A stretch of DNA of 63,270 bases, filler included, from Octopus bimaculoides (Eukaryota), in NCBI RefSeq assembly GCF_001194135.2. It is 7 parts of 7 records of this genome, joined end to end, with 100 filler letters (N's around TTAATTAATTAA, not from the genome) between each part and the next. Parts side by side here need not be neighbours in the genome. Positions count along the whole stretch, not along the records: positions 24,678 to 39,535 come from NC_068982.1; 6 more parts are not named here. The stretch is one strand, 5' to 3'. The notes beneath the pieces were generated by a model. It was not told the origin of the DNA, searched no databases, and saw only the letters and a list, made by a program, of their open reading frames with translations. Shown here in pieces: positions 26,426 through 37,948 of the stretch (within the stretch, counting starts at the first letter, position 1; each line of letters opens with the position of its first letter). Position numbers and translations under genes: made by a program.

Positions 26426-26676
26426 TGTGTGTGAGTGAGTGTCTGTGTGTGTGTGAGTGAGTGTCTGCGCGCGTTTGTATCTTTATGGATGTGTATGGCC
26501 TCGCCACCTGTTGACCACCGGTGGTGGCTTGCCTTCTTCTCTGTTCCCTCCAGTTCGTCAAAAGACCCAGATAGGATAAGGATCAGGCTTTAAAATAAGT
26601 ACTGGCATCGATTCTATTATTCCCTTGAAGCCGGTGACCAGCATGGCTGAGGTCTAATGACTGTAACATGTAAAAC
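25811..26676 (+). mobile_element. SINE family A (diverged), interrupted by SINE family C
   Basis: 5' half at about 25811-25950 and 3' half at about 26473-26676, separated by (TG)n and the family C element. Confidence 0.7.
26033..26325 (+). mobile_element. tRNA-headed SINE family C
   Basis: tRNA-like head GCCCGTGATTTAGTGGTT...GAGTTCGATTTC (A and B boxes, CAC in an anticodon-like loop) followed by a roughly 230-bp unrelated body; embedded in (TG)n. Confidence 0.7.
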
Positions 26677-27655
26677 TTAAGAAAAAAACAATATATACGA
26701 CTGTATAGGAATATATATGCGTGTGTGTATACATACATACATACATACATACATACATACATTCATACATACATACATATACGCGTGCGTGTAGACACAC
26801 ACACACACACACACACACACATGAAGGTTGGCTGAAAACTTCATACTCAATACGCCTTTGTAGAGTATATATTTATTATTCTTAAACAACAAGAGTATTG
26901 TAGTGACAATTCGATGATTGCATAGCAGACCGAAACCCTCAGATAATTGTAAATACTATTGTTGTGAAAGAATTATATATATATATCTGGATAATTAATA
27001 ATATCAAGGGTAATAAGAAATATTAGAAATTTCTTCTACTAGTGGCCTAGCGTGTAAAAATTTAGTCCATAGACTATATATTATTCATATAAATACAGTG
27101 TGCATTTAAACACATAGACGCTAGAAAGAACAGTTAAGTTCCAGGAGCTTGATGGTAGATGTTTTTATTTTTCATTCCCTTCAAAGTTTTATCCGTAATA
27201 GTGGTTTGGAACTTAGCTGTTCTTTCTAGTGTGCAAAGAATCCTGCGATGGATACCTCTTATGTGTTTAAATGTACACTGTATTTATATGAATATATATA
27301 TANNNNNNNNNNNNNNNNNNNNNNNNNNNNNNNNNNNNNNNNNNNNNNNNNNNNNNNNNNNNNNNNNNNNNNNNNNNNNNNNNNNNNNNNNNNNNNNNNN
27401 NNNNNNNNNNNNNNNNNNNNNNNNNNNNNNNNNNNNNNNNNNNNNNNNNNNNNNNNNNNNNNNNNNNNNNNNNNNNNNNNNNNNNNNNNNNNNNNNNNNN
27501 NNNNNNNNNNNNNNNNNNNNNNNNNNNNNNNNNNNNNNNNNNNNNNNNNNNNNNNNNNNNNNNNNNNNNNNNNNNNNNNNNNNNNNNNNNNNNNNNNNNN
27601 NNNNNNNNNNNNNNNNNNNNNNNNNNNNNNNNNNNNNNNNNNNNNNNNNNNNNNN

Positions 27656-27705
<50 letters not shown>

Positions 27706-27736
27706 TGTGTGTGTGTATTTGACTGTATATATACAT

Positions 27737-27958
27737 AAGAGCGGCGAGCTGGTGTAACCGTTAACACGCCGGGCAAAATGCTGAGTGCCATTTCGTCTGT
27801 TTTACGTTCTGGGTTCAAATGCTACCGGGTTCTGTGTTCAAGTAGCTTTTCTCTTTTGAGGATCGATAAATTAAGTATCGGCTGAGCACTAGGGTTGACT
27901 TAATCGACTTAGTTCCTACCCTGAAAGTGCTGGTTTTGTGCCAAATTTGAAATCAATA
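27737..27958 (+). mobile_element. SINE family B
   Basis: GCGGCGAGCTGG...GGGTTCAAAT...GATCGATAAATTAAGTA...GTGCCAAATTTGAAATCAAT. Confidence 0.82.
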
Positions 27959-28937
27959 TATGAAATAAATGCATAAACACATATTCATATACATTGTGTG
28001 TGTGTGCGTGTATGTGTGCGTATGTGTGTGTGTGTATACACATGTGTGTGATGTGAATGAGTGTATGTATACGTCATAATAAACATTGATATGGTAATGT
28101 CTGTTCAGAGACAATTGTAAAATTGTAGTTTTTATGCTGAAAGCAAAAAGCTTCTTCCAACAAAGAAAGTGTATTAAAACAACACAAAAATCTGGTGGTG
28201 AAGAAGTCTGTTATAGTCAGTATAAACAAATTGGTACATACAAGTTAATGATAGTAGACATAAAACTATATTTTATATCCAGGAATTAATTATCAACATA
28301 AACAGCAATAAACTGTTGCATAAATCGGCACTGTACTGCAAATTAAAAGCCGTATGGCAAATACGGTTTGGCTTCCTAGGAATATAATTGCTTATACAAA
28401 TAATGATCGTGATAGTAGAATGACATAGAAAAGAAAAAGCGTCGATGAATTTTAATGAATTGTTACATATACTGTACACAATATGTCATTTCATATAAAC
28501 ATATGTGCAAAGCATATGTATATCAATAACATTGTGTGATGCTAAATAATAATGATAATTAGAATGTGAAATTCGTAGATATGCCGTAGTTGAAGCGAAA
28601 TAGATTAAGTATTAACTAGAAAAGTTACGTGCATTAATTCAGATGAAAATTGTACACAATCAAACCAGAAAATTGACTGGATGTAAAAGGCGTTGTTCAA
28701 TGTATGGGGGATGGGGACAAAATGAAAATGGAATTTCTTTGGATAATGGAATAATTTTATTTTATGAAATGTACCCAGAGTAGAGGTAAATTGAAGACAT
28801 GGTAAAAGTAACTAGAGCAGTCTTTTGAACGGTTGAATATTGCTGTATCTGGAGCCGTGCCTGATGTTTATAACATATACGTGTCTCAAACATATGTATT
28901 ATTAGAGCAACAAGTTAATATATATACATACACAAAA

Positions 28938-28968
<31 letters not shown>

Positions 28969-29499
28969 TACATACATACATANNNNNNNNNNNNNNNNNN
29001 NNNNNNNNNNNNNNNNNNNNNNNNNNNNNNNNNNNNNNNNNNNNNNNNNNNNNNNNNNNNNNNNNNNNNNNNNNNNNNNNNNNNNNNNNNNNNNNNNNNN
29101 NNNNNNNNNNNNNNNNNNNNNNNNNNNNNNNNNNNNNNNNNNNNNNNNNNNNNNNNNNNNNNNNNNNNNNNNNNNNNNNNNNNNNNNNNNNNNNNNNNNN
29201 NNNNNNNNNNNNNNNNNNNNNNNNNNNNNNNNNNNNNNNNNNNNNNNNNNNNNNNNNNNNNNTATATATATATATATATATATGTATGTATATATACAAA
29301 TGGAAAAATTATGCATATGGCACCACTACACATATCACACACCTAATCCCCCACAGGAGCACCACACTTAATAACGGACCCTTTCCCCACAGACACTTCA
29401 AGGTAACTCCTACCGGCCGTACAGAGTACCCAAGCAAGCAACATAACTCCTAACCTAATCCCCTGACCCTTTTTCGCTTCACCACCTTTTTCACACCAG

Positions 29500-29587
29500 C
29501 CGCAAACTGGATGTGTTAATCCACCTCCGGCAATGGAGAGCGGACGCCATATTCCTTTCCATTTCTGCTAACTCTGATGAGCGTAAG
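29500..29587 (+). other. Candidate 88-nt exon
   Basis: Branch-like CCTAAT/CCTGAC, long pyrimidine tract ending CACCAG, donor AAG|GTAAGG. One open frame: RKLDVLIHLRQWRADAIFLSISANSDERK. Confidence 0.3.
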
Positions 29588-29857
29588 GTAAGGTTATATA
29601 AACGGATTGTTATTTAACACTCCATATATATGTGTGTGTGTGTATGTTTGTGTGTGTGTGTGTATTTATACATGTGTGTGCGTGTATATACTCTGTGAAC
29701 GGTAAATCGAGATCAACCTGTGGTTATCTCCATTTTAAAAAAAGATGATTTTACTTAAACCGAAGTATTGTGTTTCAGTCTTTACCATTTTACAAGAAAA
29801 AGAAATATCGAAAAGATTGTTCTAGATATTAAATATAAATCTCAGATATTTTATCGC

Positions 29858-30082
29858 TTACTTATTTCAGTCATTGAACAACAGATATTCCAGGGCACCA
29901 CCTTGAGGATTTTTATTCGAACGAATCGGCCCCACTAATTATTTTTTAAAACCTGGTCTCAATGTATTGGTCTCCTAAACCGGAACGCTAAGTTGCGGAG
30001 CCTTAAACAAACCAGCACCAGTTGTCGAGCGATGGTAAGGGGACAAACGCATGCACATATACTCACATATACATAGATATAT

Positions 30083-30144
<62 letters not shown>

Positions 30145-30250
30145 TTTCCGTCTACCAAACCCACTCACAAGTTCTGGTCGGCTCAGAATTATAGCTATTT
30201 GTCCGAGATGCCACACAGTGGGACAGAACAGGCGACTATGTGTTCGGGAG
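29858..30250 (-). mobile_element. SINE family A, near full length (diverged)
   Basis: Both halves in reverse complement around (GT)n: TTTCAGTCATT...; TTCAGTTTCCGTCTACCAAA...GATGCCACACAGTGGGAC. Confidence 0.8.
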
Positions 30251-31929
30251 CATTTTATTCACTTGTAATACCAACTGTTTTAAATGTAAAACTTTTAATC
30301 GATAAAAATATTCGGACAATATTATCTTCAGCTTTCGAGAAATTTAATCATTGACATCCACAATGTTTCGATACAATTTTTCTTTGGTCGTCAGCAGATC
30401 TTTCTTTCCTGAAAAATGTAGGTACCACATAGCTGAATTCGCATTAGGAACCTCAATTTTCATACTAATGGTAATGCTGCTCTCATCCACCAGGCCACCG
30501 ATGAATGTTTATGATGAAAGAGAAATATAATTATTGATTTGTACTGTAAATTTGCAAGCATAAGGAACTTAAAATCATTTAATGTTCATATTTGATTTAC
30601 CATATTCCATTAGAATCTTCAGCCCTTCTTTTTTCTTTCTTACTGAACTGGCAAAACAAAAACTGACAAAAAGGTTTGGGGTTTTTTTCTGAGAAACGCC
30701 TAAACTTTCTTTCAAATTTGACAAGTCATCTATTTAATAAACCTGAAAATGTAAACGCTTTCGACTTTTTATGGATCACTTCATGTTCCATAAGTATATT
30801 TTTAAAAATATAATGGTGGAGTTACCAGTAAAAAAAAAAGGATAAATGAACTACGTTAAGTATATAAGAAAATATCACATGCATAAATTCCTGTAGTTTC
30901 TATTTCATCTTTTGAAGTGTAGCATAATACTGATATTTTGATGTTGTGTAAATTTTGACACCTAATGCTTGAATCGGGATTTTCGAAGTTAAAAACCCTC
31001 ATAATCGAATAATGCTCTTCAAAATATATTATAATAATTATTATCTTATAACTATAATGGGTTTTATTTTTATGTGTACATACGAATTTTTACATGATCT
31101 AACGAATATAGAAACTTTTAGAAGTTTCACTATCCTATATTGGTAATGAGAATATCCTCTTTATTGTGTATTTTTATTTAGGTTTGTTGCTTTAAGTTAA
31201 TGTCCTCATATTTCAATGTATCAAAGCTATTTTCTAGGAAGCGAATGTGTTTTTAAATGTTAATATTTTCAATTAAATTGTGGATGAAGCATCTCCCTCA
31301 TTTAAAACGCTCAAAATCAGCTGCAGTCAGATTTTGTTTATTTCTTCAAGTGTCAAAATTGCCATCGAACACCTGCAGCCCGGTTCCAGACAAAATTCCA
31401 TTGGAACTGGCACAAGTTTTTTTGTTTTTTTTATAGAACTCTGAGGTTTTATGCGAATGAGTGTGATTTATTTTATTTATTCTCCATTTTGCATTTTTCC
31501 ATCACATTTTAATTTTTTTGCATCCTTGATTATTTCTTATTATTGAAACTTTCCACACACGGTTCCATTTACATAGTTGCTTAAACTCCTGATATAGCTC
31601 TCTTTTGGTTACGTTTAAGGTAGTTTCTGTATATTTGTGTTTCCGACATTTTTTCTTCCTTCTTTCGTCATGGTGATCAATTTTAATACATAGAGATGCA
31701 GTGTACTATATTAATACAAAATATGATTGAAATATTTTACAGTAAATATCTATCTAACTATATAGGGACAAAAGTTGGAAAGATTCAAATAAACTAGAAA
31801 TAACAAAAATATCAACATAGATACACTCACGCACACACATCACAGGTATTAAACCTCATGCATTTATATGCATAAGCATGTACATGTATATGCGCCCCAT
31901 AAGCATACATCAATATATTTGCGTGCTTT

Positions 31930-32325
31930 CATTCTGGATTTATTCATTCTGGATTGTTTTTATTCTGAACTCTACACTCTCCGGCTGCACCTCTCCTACC
32001 CACAGATTACACTGGACCTACCTACTGATTTGAAATCGCCGCAATATACCACAACGTCTAAAACTTTTGAACTTCTTCACTTATGTAAACCTTCTTTATT
32101 ACTTTTATCCATTTTATATTTTTCTTTAATTTCCTTTGACCATTACATTTATTTATTTTTTTCTTCTTGTTTCTCTCCATATTTCTTTCTGCGTTCCTTT
32201 CAGTTGAAGAGCGTAGCTCGAAACGTTAAAGACTTTCTCTATTCCCGAGCGTTAAACTAATACATCCATTTGTTGTTTACACCATCTGTCTTCGTCTGTT
32301 GTTTTTTCGTAAATTCTCCCATATG
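31930..32325 (+). mobile_element. Probable Penelope-like terminal repeat fragment
   Basis: Long pyrimidine tract followed by the hammerhead-like motif and a T-rich tail ending at the contig edge. Class assignment is inference. Confidence 0.35.
32197..32231 (+). ncRNA. Hammerhead-like motif with a variant or degenerate core
   Basis: CUUU-CAGUUGAA-GAGC-GUA-GCUC-GAAA-CG-UU-AAAG. Helix I CUUU/AAAG, perfect helix II GAGC/GCUC, GAAA and palindrome AACGUU are present. The core deviates at U4 and A6 and carries an extra A. Confidence 0.45.
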
Positions 32326-33303
32326 NNNNNNNNNNNNNNNNNNNNNNNNNNNNNNNNNNNNNNNNNNNNNNNNNNNNNNNNNNNNNNNNNNNNNNNNNNN
32401 NNNNNNNNNNNNNNNNNNNNNNNNNNNNNNNNNNNNNNNNNNNNNNNNNNNNNNNNNNNNNNNNNNNNNNNNNNNNNNNNNNNNNNNNNNNNNNNNNNNN
32501 NNNNNNNNNNNNNNNNNNNNNNNNNNNNNNNNNNNNNNNNNNNNNNNNNNNNNNNNNNNNNNNNNNNNNNNNNNNNNNNNNNNNNNNNNNNNNNNNNNNN
32601 NNNNNNNNNNNNNNNNNNNNNNNNNNNNNNNNNNNNNNNNNNNNNNNNNNNNNNNNNNNNNNNNNNNNNNNNNNNNNNNNNNNNNNNNNNNNNNNNNNNN
32701 NNNNNNNNNNNNNNNNNNNNNNNNNNNNNNNNNNNNNNNNNNNNNNNNNNNNNNNNNNNNNNNNNNNNNNNNNNNNNNNNNNNNNNNNNNNNNNNNNNNN
32801 NNNNNNNNNNNNNNNNNNNNNNNNNNNNNNNNNNNNNNNNNNNNNNNNNNNNNNNNNNNNNNNNNNNNNNNNNNNNNNNNNNNNNNNNNNNNNNNNNNNN
32901 NNNNNNNNNNNNNNNNNNNNNNNNNNNNNNNNNNNNNNNNNNNNNNNNNNNNNNNNNNNNNNNNNNNNNNNNNNNNNNNNNNNNNNNNNNNNNNNNNNNN
33001 NNNNNNNNNNNNNNNNNNNNNNNNNNNNNNNNNNNNNNNNNNNNNNNNNNNNNNNNNNNNNNNNNNNNNNNNNNNNNNNNNNNNNNNNNNNNNNNNNNNN
33101 NNNNNNNNNNNNNNNNNNNNNNNNNNNNNNNNNNNNNNNNNNNNNNNNNNNNNNNNNNNNNNNNNNNNNNNNNNNNNNNNNNNNNNNNNNNNNNNNNNNN
33201 NNNNNNNNNNNNNNNNNNNNNNNNNNNNNNNNNNNNNNNNNNNNNNNNNNNNNNNNNNNNNNNNNNNNNNNNNNNNNNNNNNNNNNNNNNNNNNNNNNNN
33301 NNN

Positions 33304-33513
33304 ATAGGGATTGACAGTAACCTGCTTCTCCAACATACTGAGAATTCAGAAATAGCAGTCAAAGAACTACTGATTTGTTCTGTGTGTATCAAAAATATCG
33401 CTATCAATCTAGAGTAATAATTTGTAATTTTGTAGTTTTGAAATCAGTAGTTCTTTGACTGCTATTTCTGAATTCTCAGTATGTTGGAGAAGCAGGTTAC
33501 TGTCAATCCCTAT
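33304..33513. repeat. Perfect 73-bp inverted repeat with a 64-bp spacer
   Basis: 33304-33376 is the exact reverse complement of 33441-33513; the left arm abuts a gap. Confidence 0.95.
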
Positions 33514-33553
33514 ATATTTATGATTATAAATGCATGTATGTATGTATGTATAC

Positions 33554-34706
33554 TAGGGTTATGACTTTTTACAACCTAATAATCCTATACTGCAATTCAA
33601 TGAATAATTTCATAAAAGTCAGGAAACGAACATTCATTTTGTTTTATTTTGAAGTATAAGAAATTGATAACCACTTTTGACCGAAAAGTGGGTCAAACAC
33701 CTGCTCATGTTAAACGTAACCAAAGAGAGTTATATCAGGAGTTTAAGCAACTATATAAATGGAACCGTGTGTGGAAAGTTTCAATAATAAGAAATAATCA
33801 AGGATGCAAAAAATTAAAATGTGATGGAAAAATGCAAGATGGAGAATAACTTAGTGTGCTGACTCAATGCAATGCAGAAATAGTATATTGGAAATTTCAG
33901 CTTTCTAGTTGAAGTAGTTTCGGGGTTATGGGTACTTTCAACTATAAACCACTAGGTAGTACTAGATTTACACTTCAGTATTTCCCCAGCCTAAATCCTC
34001 GTAAACGCCAGAGAGATGTAGAATAAAAGTGTATTTAAACATTTAGAAGATTACTGAATTGAAATTGCTTTCTTTCCTTTATTTGATGGTACCTCTGAGG
34101 AACAGATAGCGACCGACAATTTGAAGTTTCATTGGTATCCTGCAGTCGTTTTCCAAAGAATGCTCTTCTAGAGGAAAAGGTCTTCATTTCCTGTGTGAGT
34201 CTTGAAATTGCACGAGATTCTTTGTCCAGATATTTTTGTTGCTTTCAGTAACACATGCACTTCTCTTATGAGACATTATTTTAGATACTCTAGTTGGATA
34301 AGCCTACGATTCTGAAAAACAGTTAATATAGTCAGACTTTTTAGCGTCACAGTAATAAAAAGGAGAGGAAGAATATATTTCCTAAAGTAGGGCCTAAGTT
34401 GTAACAAATTAAAATCTCTATAACTCATAAACTATTTAAACTTGAAAGCTGAAATTTGAGATATACTGCTTCTGCATTGCATTAAGTCACCGCACCAAGT
34501 TTGGTAAAAACTTGAGTAGGCATTATGAACCCCACTAGAATTTTGCATGATTTAGGTCAAAAGTGGTGTTAGATTTCTTCCGTTCTTGGGGGACGCTTTT
34601 TTAATCTTAAAATAGAGGTTATTTTCCCTACTTATATGGAATTGTTCATCGACTTTTGATACAGGAAATTGTCTACTTCCAAAAGAATCAAAAAGTCATA
34701 ACACTA
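33554..34706. mobile_element. Non-autonomous hAT-like DNA transposon
   Basis: 17-bp TIRs TAG(G/T)GTTATGACTTTTT (16/17 match); 8-bp flanks ATGTATAC / ATATATAC (7/8); subterminal 13-bp inverted repeat ACCACTTTTGACC (33670-33682) / GGTCAAAAGTGGT (34555-34567). Confidence 0.75.
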
Positions 34707-37270
34707 ATATATACATATATATATAATTAGGGTGCAAAGAAGCATCAGTTTTGCTAAAAACAAATAGGGTCGTAAAAAACTCCGAAGCCACAAGAATTAT
34801 CACTAATTTTTTAGACATAATGGAAAAAAAACTAAGCGAATAAGAATTATATCTCACCTCTGTAAAATTGCAAAAGCAATGACAGTTAACCTGGTGTCAT
34901 GATTTCTAATAGTTAACGCCAAATATTACTTGATTCTCTTCAGCCAGAATAAAGTTAGAAGCTTACCCTGTGGTCTGCGTTGGCATCGGTGGTTAGCACA
35001 TCTGATTGAAGGATATACTGGATTTACCTAGTAGTTTTCTTGGCCTTTATTTACCTATTGATACCATTTTCATATCTCCAATTATACAAGCAATCCAGTC
35101 AACAAAAGAACATTATTTGAATGATATTCATTTCGAAGTTCAAGGCATCATTCTATAAATACCTATAGTGTTTTCTAATGGGGAATAAATATATTTATTC
35201 CATAAAATTATTCTGTCGCTTTATTCATTTGTTTTAGTATGTTTCTCTAGTATTCTAACTCCCAGAACAGACATTATTGTATTTTGGACTATTTATATTC
35301 ATCCATTTAATCTATTTCAATTACTTCTCTTTAATGCAGCCATTTTACTTGCCTCTGCAGTTTCAGTAATATGAGCCCATCACGTTTCTATGCATACAAA
35401 TACAATTCATCAATTCCAGCTTTAATTCTCACTATTATATAAGGATTTTATTTCACATTTCTTCAAGCAACAGAGTGAATACTTTGAAGCTCAATTTTCA
35501 ATATTCGATAGCAGCATATGGTCTCCCATGGAGTATCTGTCATAGAGCAAAAGAAAAATGTCGATATTCATTTTTTATCCCTTGCTGATGGAATGAAAGA
35601 AATAGTAGAACCATATATAATTTACAGATGATTTTATATTATGGTTTCAAATCCCACCAACATAAGATTTTGTCTTTCCTTTATTCAATGCCATTACAAT
35701 AAGTGTCAGTTATGTAATAATATCAATTCAACTACTTTGTTAAGGATATGGCCATATGGTATGTGCGAAACCAACATTACTTTGAGTGTCATGGTATGTT
35801 GACTTTGAAATGGTGAGGCCTGTCATAACGAAATAATTGACAGTTTAGAAAGAGTGTGGAGTAGAAAGCAAGTACTTTGAAAGATTTAAAATAAAGTAGA
35901 AAGAGTCAGGTGAAGTTTCATTGCTAAAACTTTGGAGAAGCTCAGTACTACTATTTTAATACATTAATTTCGCTCTTACTTCGTAACTTGCATTATAAAT
36001 ATTGAGTGAACATATTTCTAAACTTTAAGAGTATTTATTTAAAGGTGGAATTAATCATGTGCTCAAGACAAAGTTGTTAAGTAAAAGAATGAAAAATATT
36101 TTATCTGATAGTAAAAGATATTTAGGTATGATTAATATGTTATGTTTTTCTCGTTTTTCTATTCAAGAAAATATTACATTAGATAAATGTTGACAATTTA
36201 TGTCAGAATCCACTTGTCCAGCTGCTTTTGAACATTATTTTAAATTAATTTCTGTTTTGTGTTTGCAAATGACAACAGGTAATATTATGATATTGTAAGA
36301 TTCACAAACATGTCCACTAAGCGAGTTTACTTTATAAGATAAAGCTACATAGTAATGCTCAGTAGCACAACAGTCTGTGTACATAAATATGGATGTATAT
36401 ACAAGAATATATACAGATATAAATATATACATATATTCGTATAGACAAATGTATGTATGTATAAAAATCTGACATTGTTGTTACTGGACAAAACACAACG
36501 TATTTAGTGTGTATGTGTATAATATATATATATATANNNNNNNNNNNNNNNNNNNNNNNNNNNNNNNNNNNNNNNNNNNNNNNNNNNNNNNNNNNNNNNN
36601 NNNNNNNNNNNNNNNNNNNNNNNNNNNNNNNNNNNNNNNNNNNNNNNNNNNNNNNNNNNNNNNNNNNNNNNNNNNNNNNNNNNNNNNNNNNNNNNNNNNN
36701 NNNNNNNNNNNNNNNNNNNNNNNNNNNNNNNNNNNNNNNNNNNNNNNNNNNNNNNNNNNNNNNNNNNNNNNNNNNNNNNNNNNNNNNNNNNNNNNNNNNN
36801 NNNNNNNNNNNNNNNNNNNNNNNNNNNNNNNNNNNNNNNNNNNNNNNNNNNNNNNNNNNNNNNNNNNNNNNNNNNNNNNNNNNNNNNNNNNNNNNNNNNN
36901 NNNNNNNNNNNNNNNNNNNNNNNNNNNNNNNNNNNNNNNNNNNNNNNNNNNNNNNNNNNNNNNNNNNNNNNNNNNNNNNNNNNNNNNNNNNNNNNNNNNN
37001 NNNNNNNNNNNNNNNNNNNNNNNNNNNNNNNNNNNNNNNNNNNNNNNNNNNNNNNNNNNNNNNNNNNNNNNNNNNNNNNNNNNNNNNNNNNNNNNNNNNN
37101 NNNNNNNNNNNATATATATATATATATATATACATACACATATAAATGTATGTATGTAAACACATATATAGAGAGATATAGTTATGTAGATATGTTTGTG
37201 TGTACGGCACACGCATATAATTTGCACACGTAATCCGCACACATATATACAGTTACCACAATTAAGTGTA

Positions 37271-37306
<36 letters not shown>

Positions 37307-37503
37307 CACATTCACAGCAGATTTACACAAAGCCTTACTCATTCGTAATTTACGCATACCCGTATGGAACCTCATTCGTTCTTTGTCACTTCCGGTCATA
37401 CACCATCTATTATTTTCTACTTGAGATAAACTAACGCATATTTTTCCGTTACTCCTCATTTTTCTTTCTTTCCTCAACTATTCTCTTCTTTCTAGAAATT
37501 TAA

Positions 37504-37564
37504 CTTTCTGATGAAGGCAGAAGAAGACTATCAAATAATATCAAAGAATATCGAAACGTGAAAG
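37504..37564 (+). other. Degenerate hammerhead-like remnant
   Basis: CUUU-CUGAUGA...C-GAAA-CGU-G-AAAG. Canonical core halves and a 4-bp helix I are present, but the helix II region is long and unpaired and position 17 is G. Confidence 0.3.
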
Positions 37565-37773
37565 ATGCTTCTACTATTTTCTCACGCATACGCCAAGCTT
37601 GTAAGTCAGAGGAAGCAAGAAGTATTGAAGATCTTCGGCAGTTCATTATTGATATATTTGATAACCTTGATCCAGACTCATGCACCAAAGTTTGTCATAA
37701 TGTGCGTTCACGTTGTCGACAATGCATTGAAGCTATTGGCTTACAATTTGAACATTTGTCAAAACTGTATTAA
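37558..37773 (+). mobile_element. Tc1/mariner transposase C-terminal remnant
   Basis: RSIEDLRQFIIDIFDNLDPDSCTKVCHNVRSRCRQCIEAIGLQFEHL* resembles the C-terminal helices and GxxFEHL end of mariner-type transposases. Confidence 0.6.
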
Positions 37774-37903
37774 ATGAAATTGATTGCCTCTATTGTTATA
37801 ATATTTTCTGATGTAATCCATATATTTTCTGATATGTTTATCATAAATAACAGCATCGTAACTTTACGGGCAACCTATCTATACATACACACACACAAGC
37901 ACA

Positions 37904-37948
<45 letters not shown>

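Noticed and set aside
29574-29581. CTGATGAG and other isolated CUGANGA hits (17655, 52980, 53737, 61545)
   Set aside because: No correctly placed helix II plus GAAAC follows them.
34880-35800. Possible very old LINE remnant on the minus strand
   Set aside because: No diagnostic RT motif could be read.
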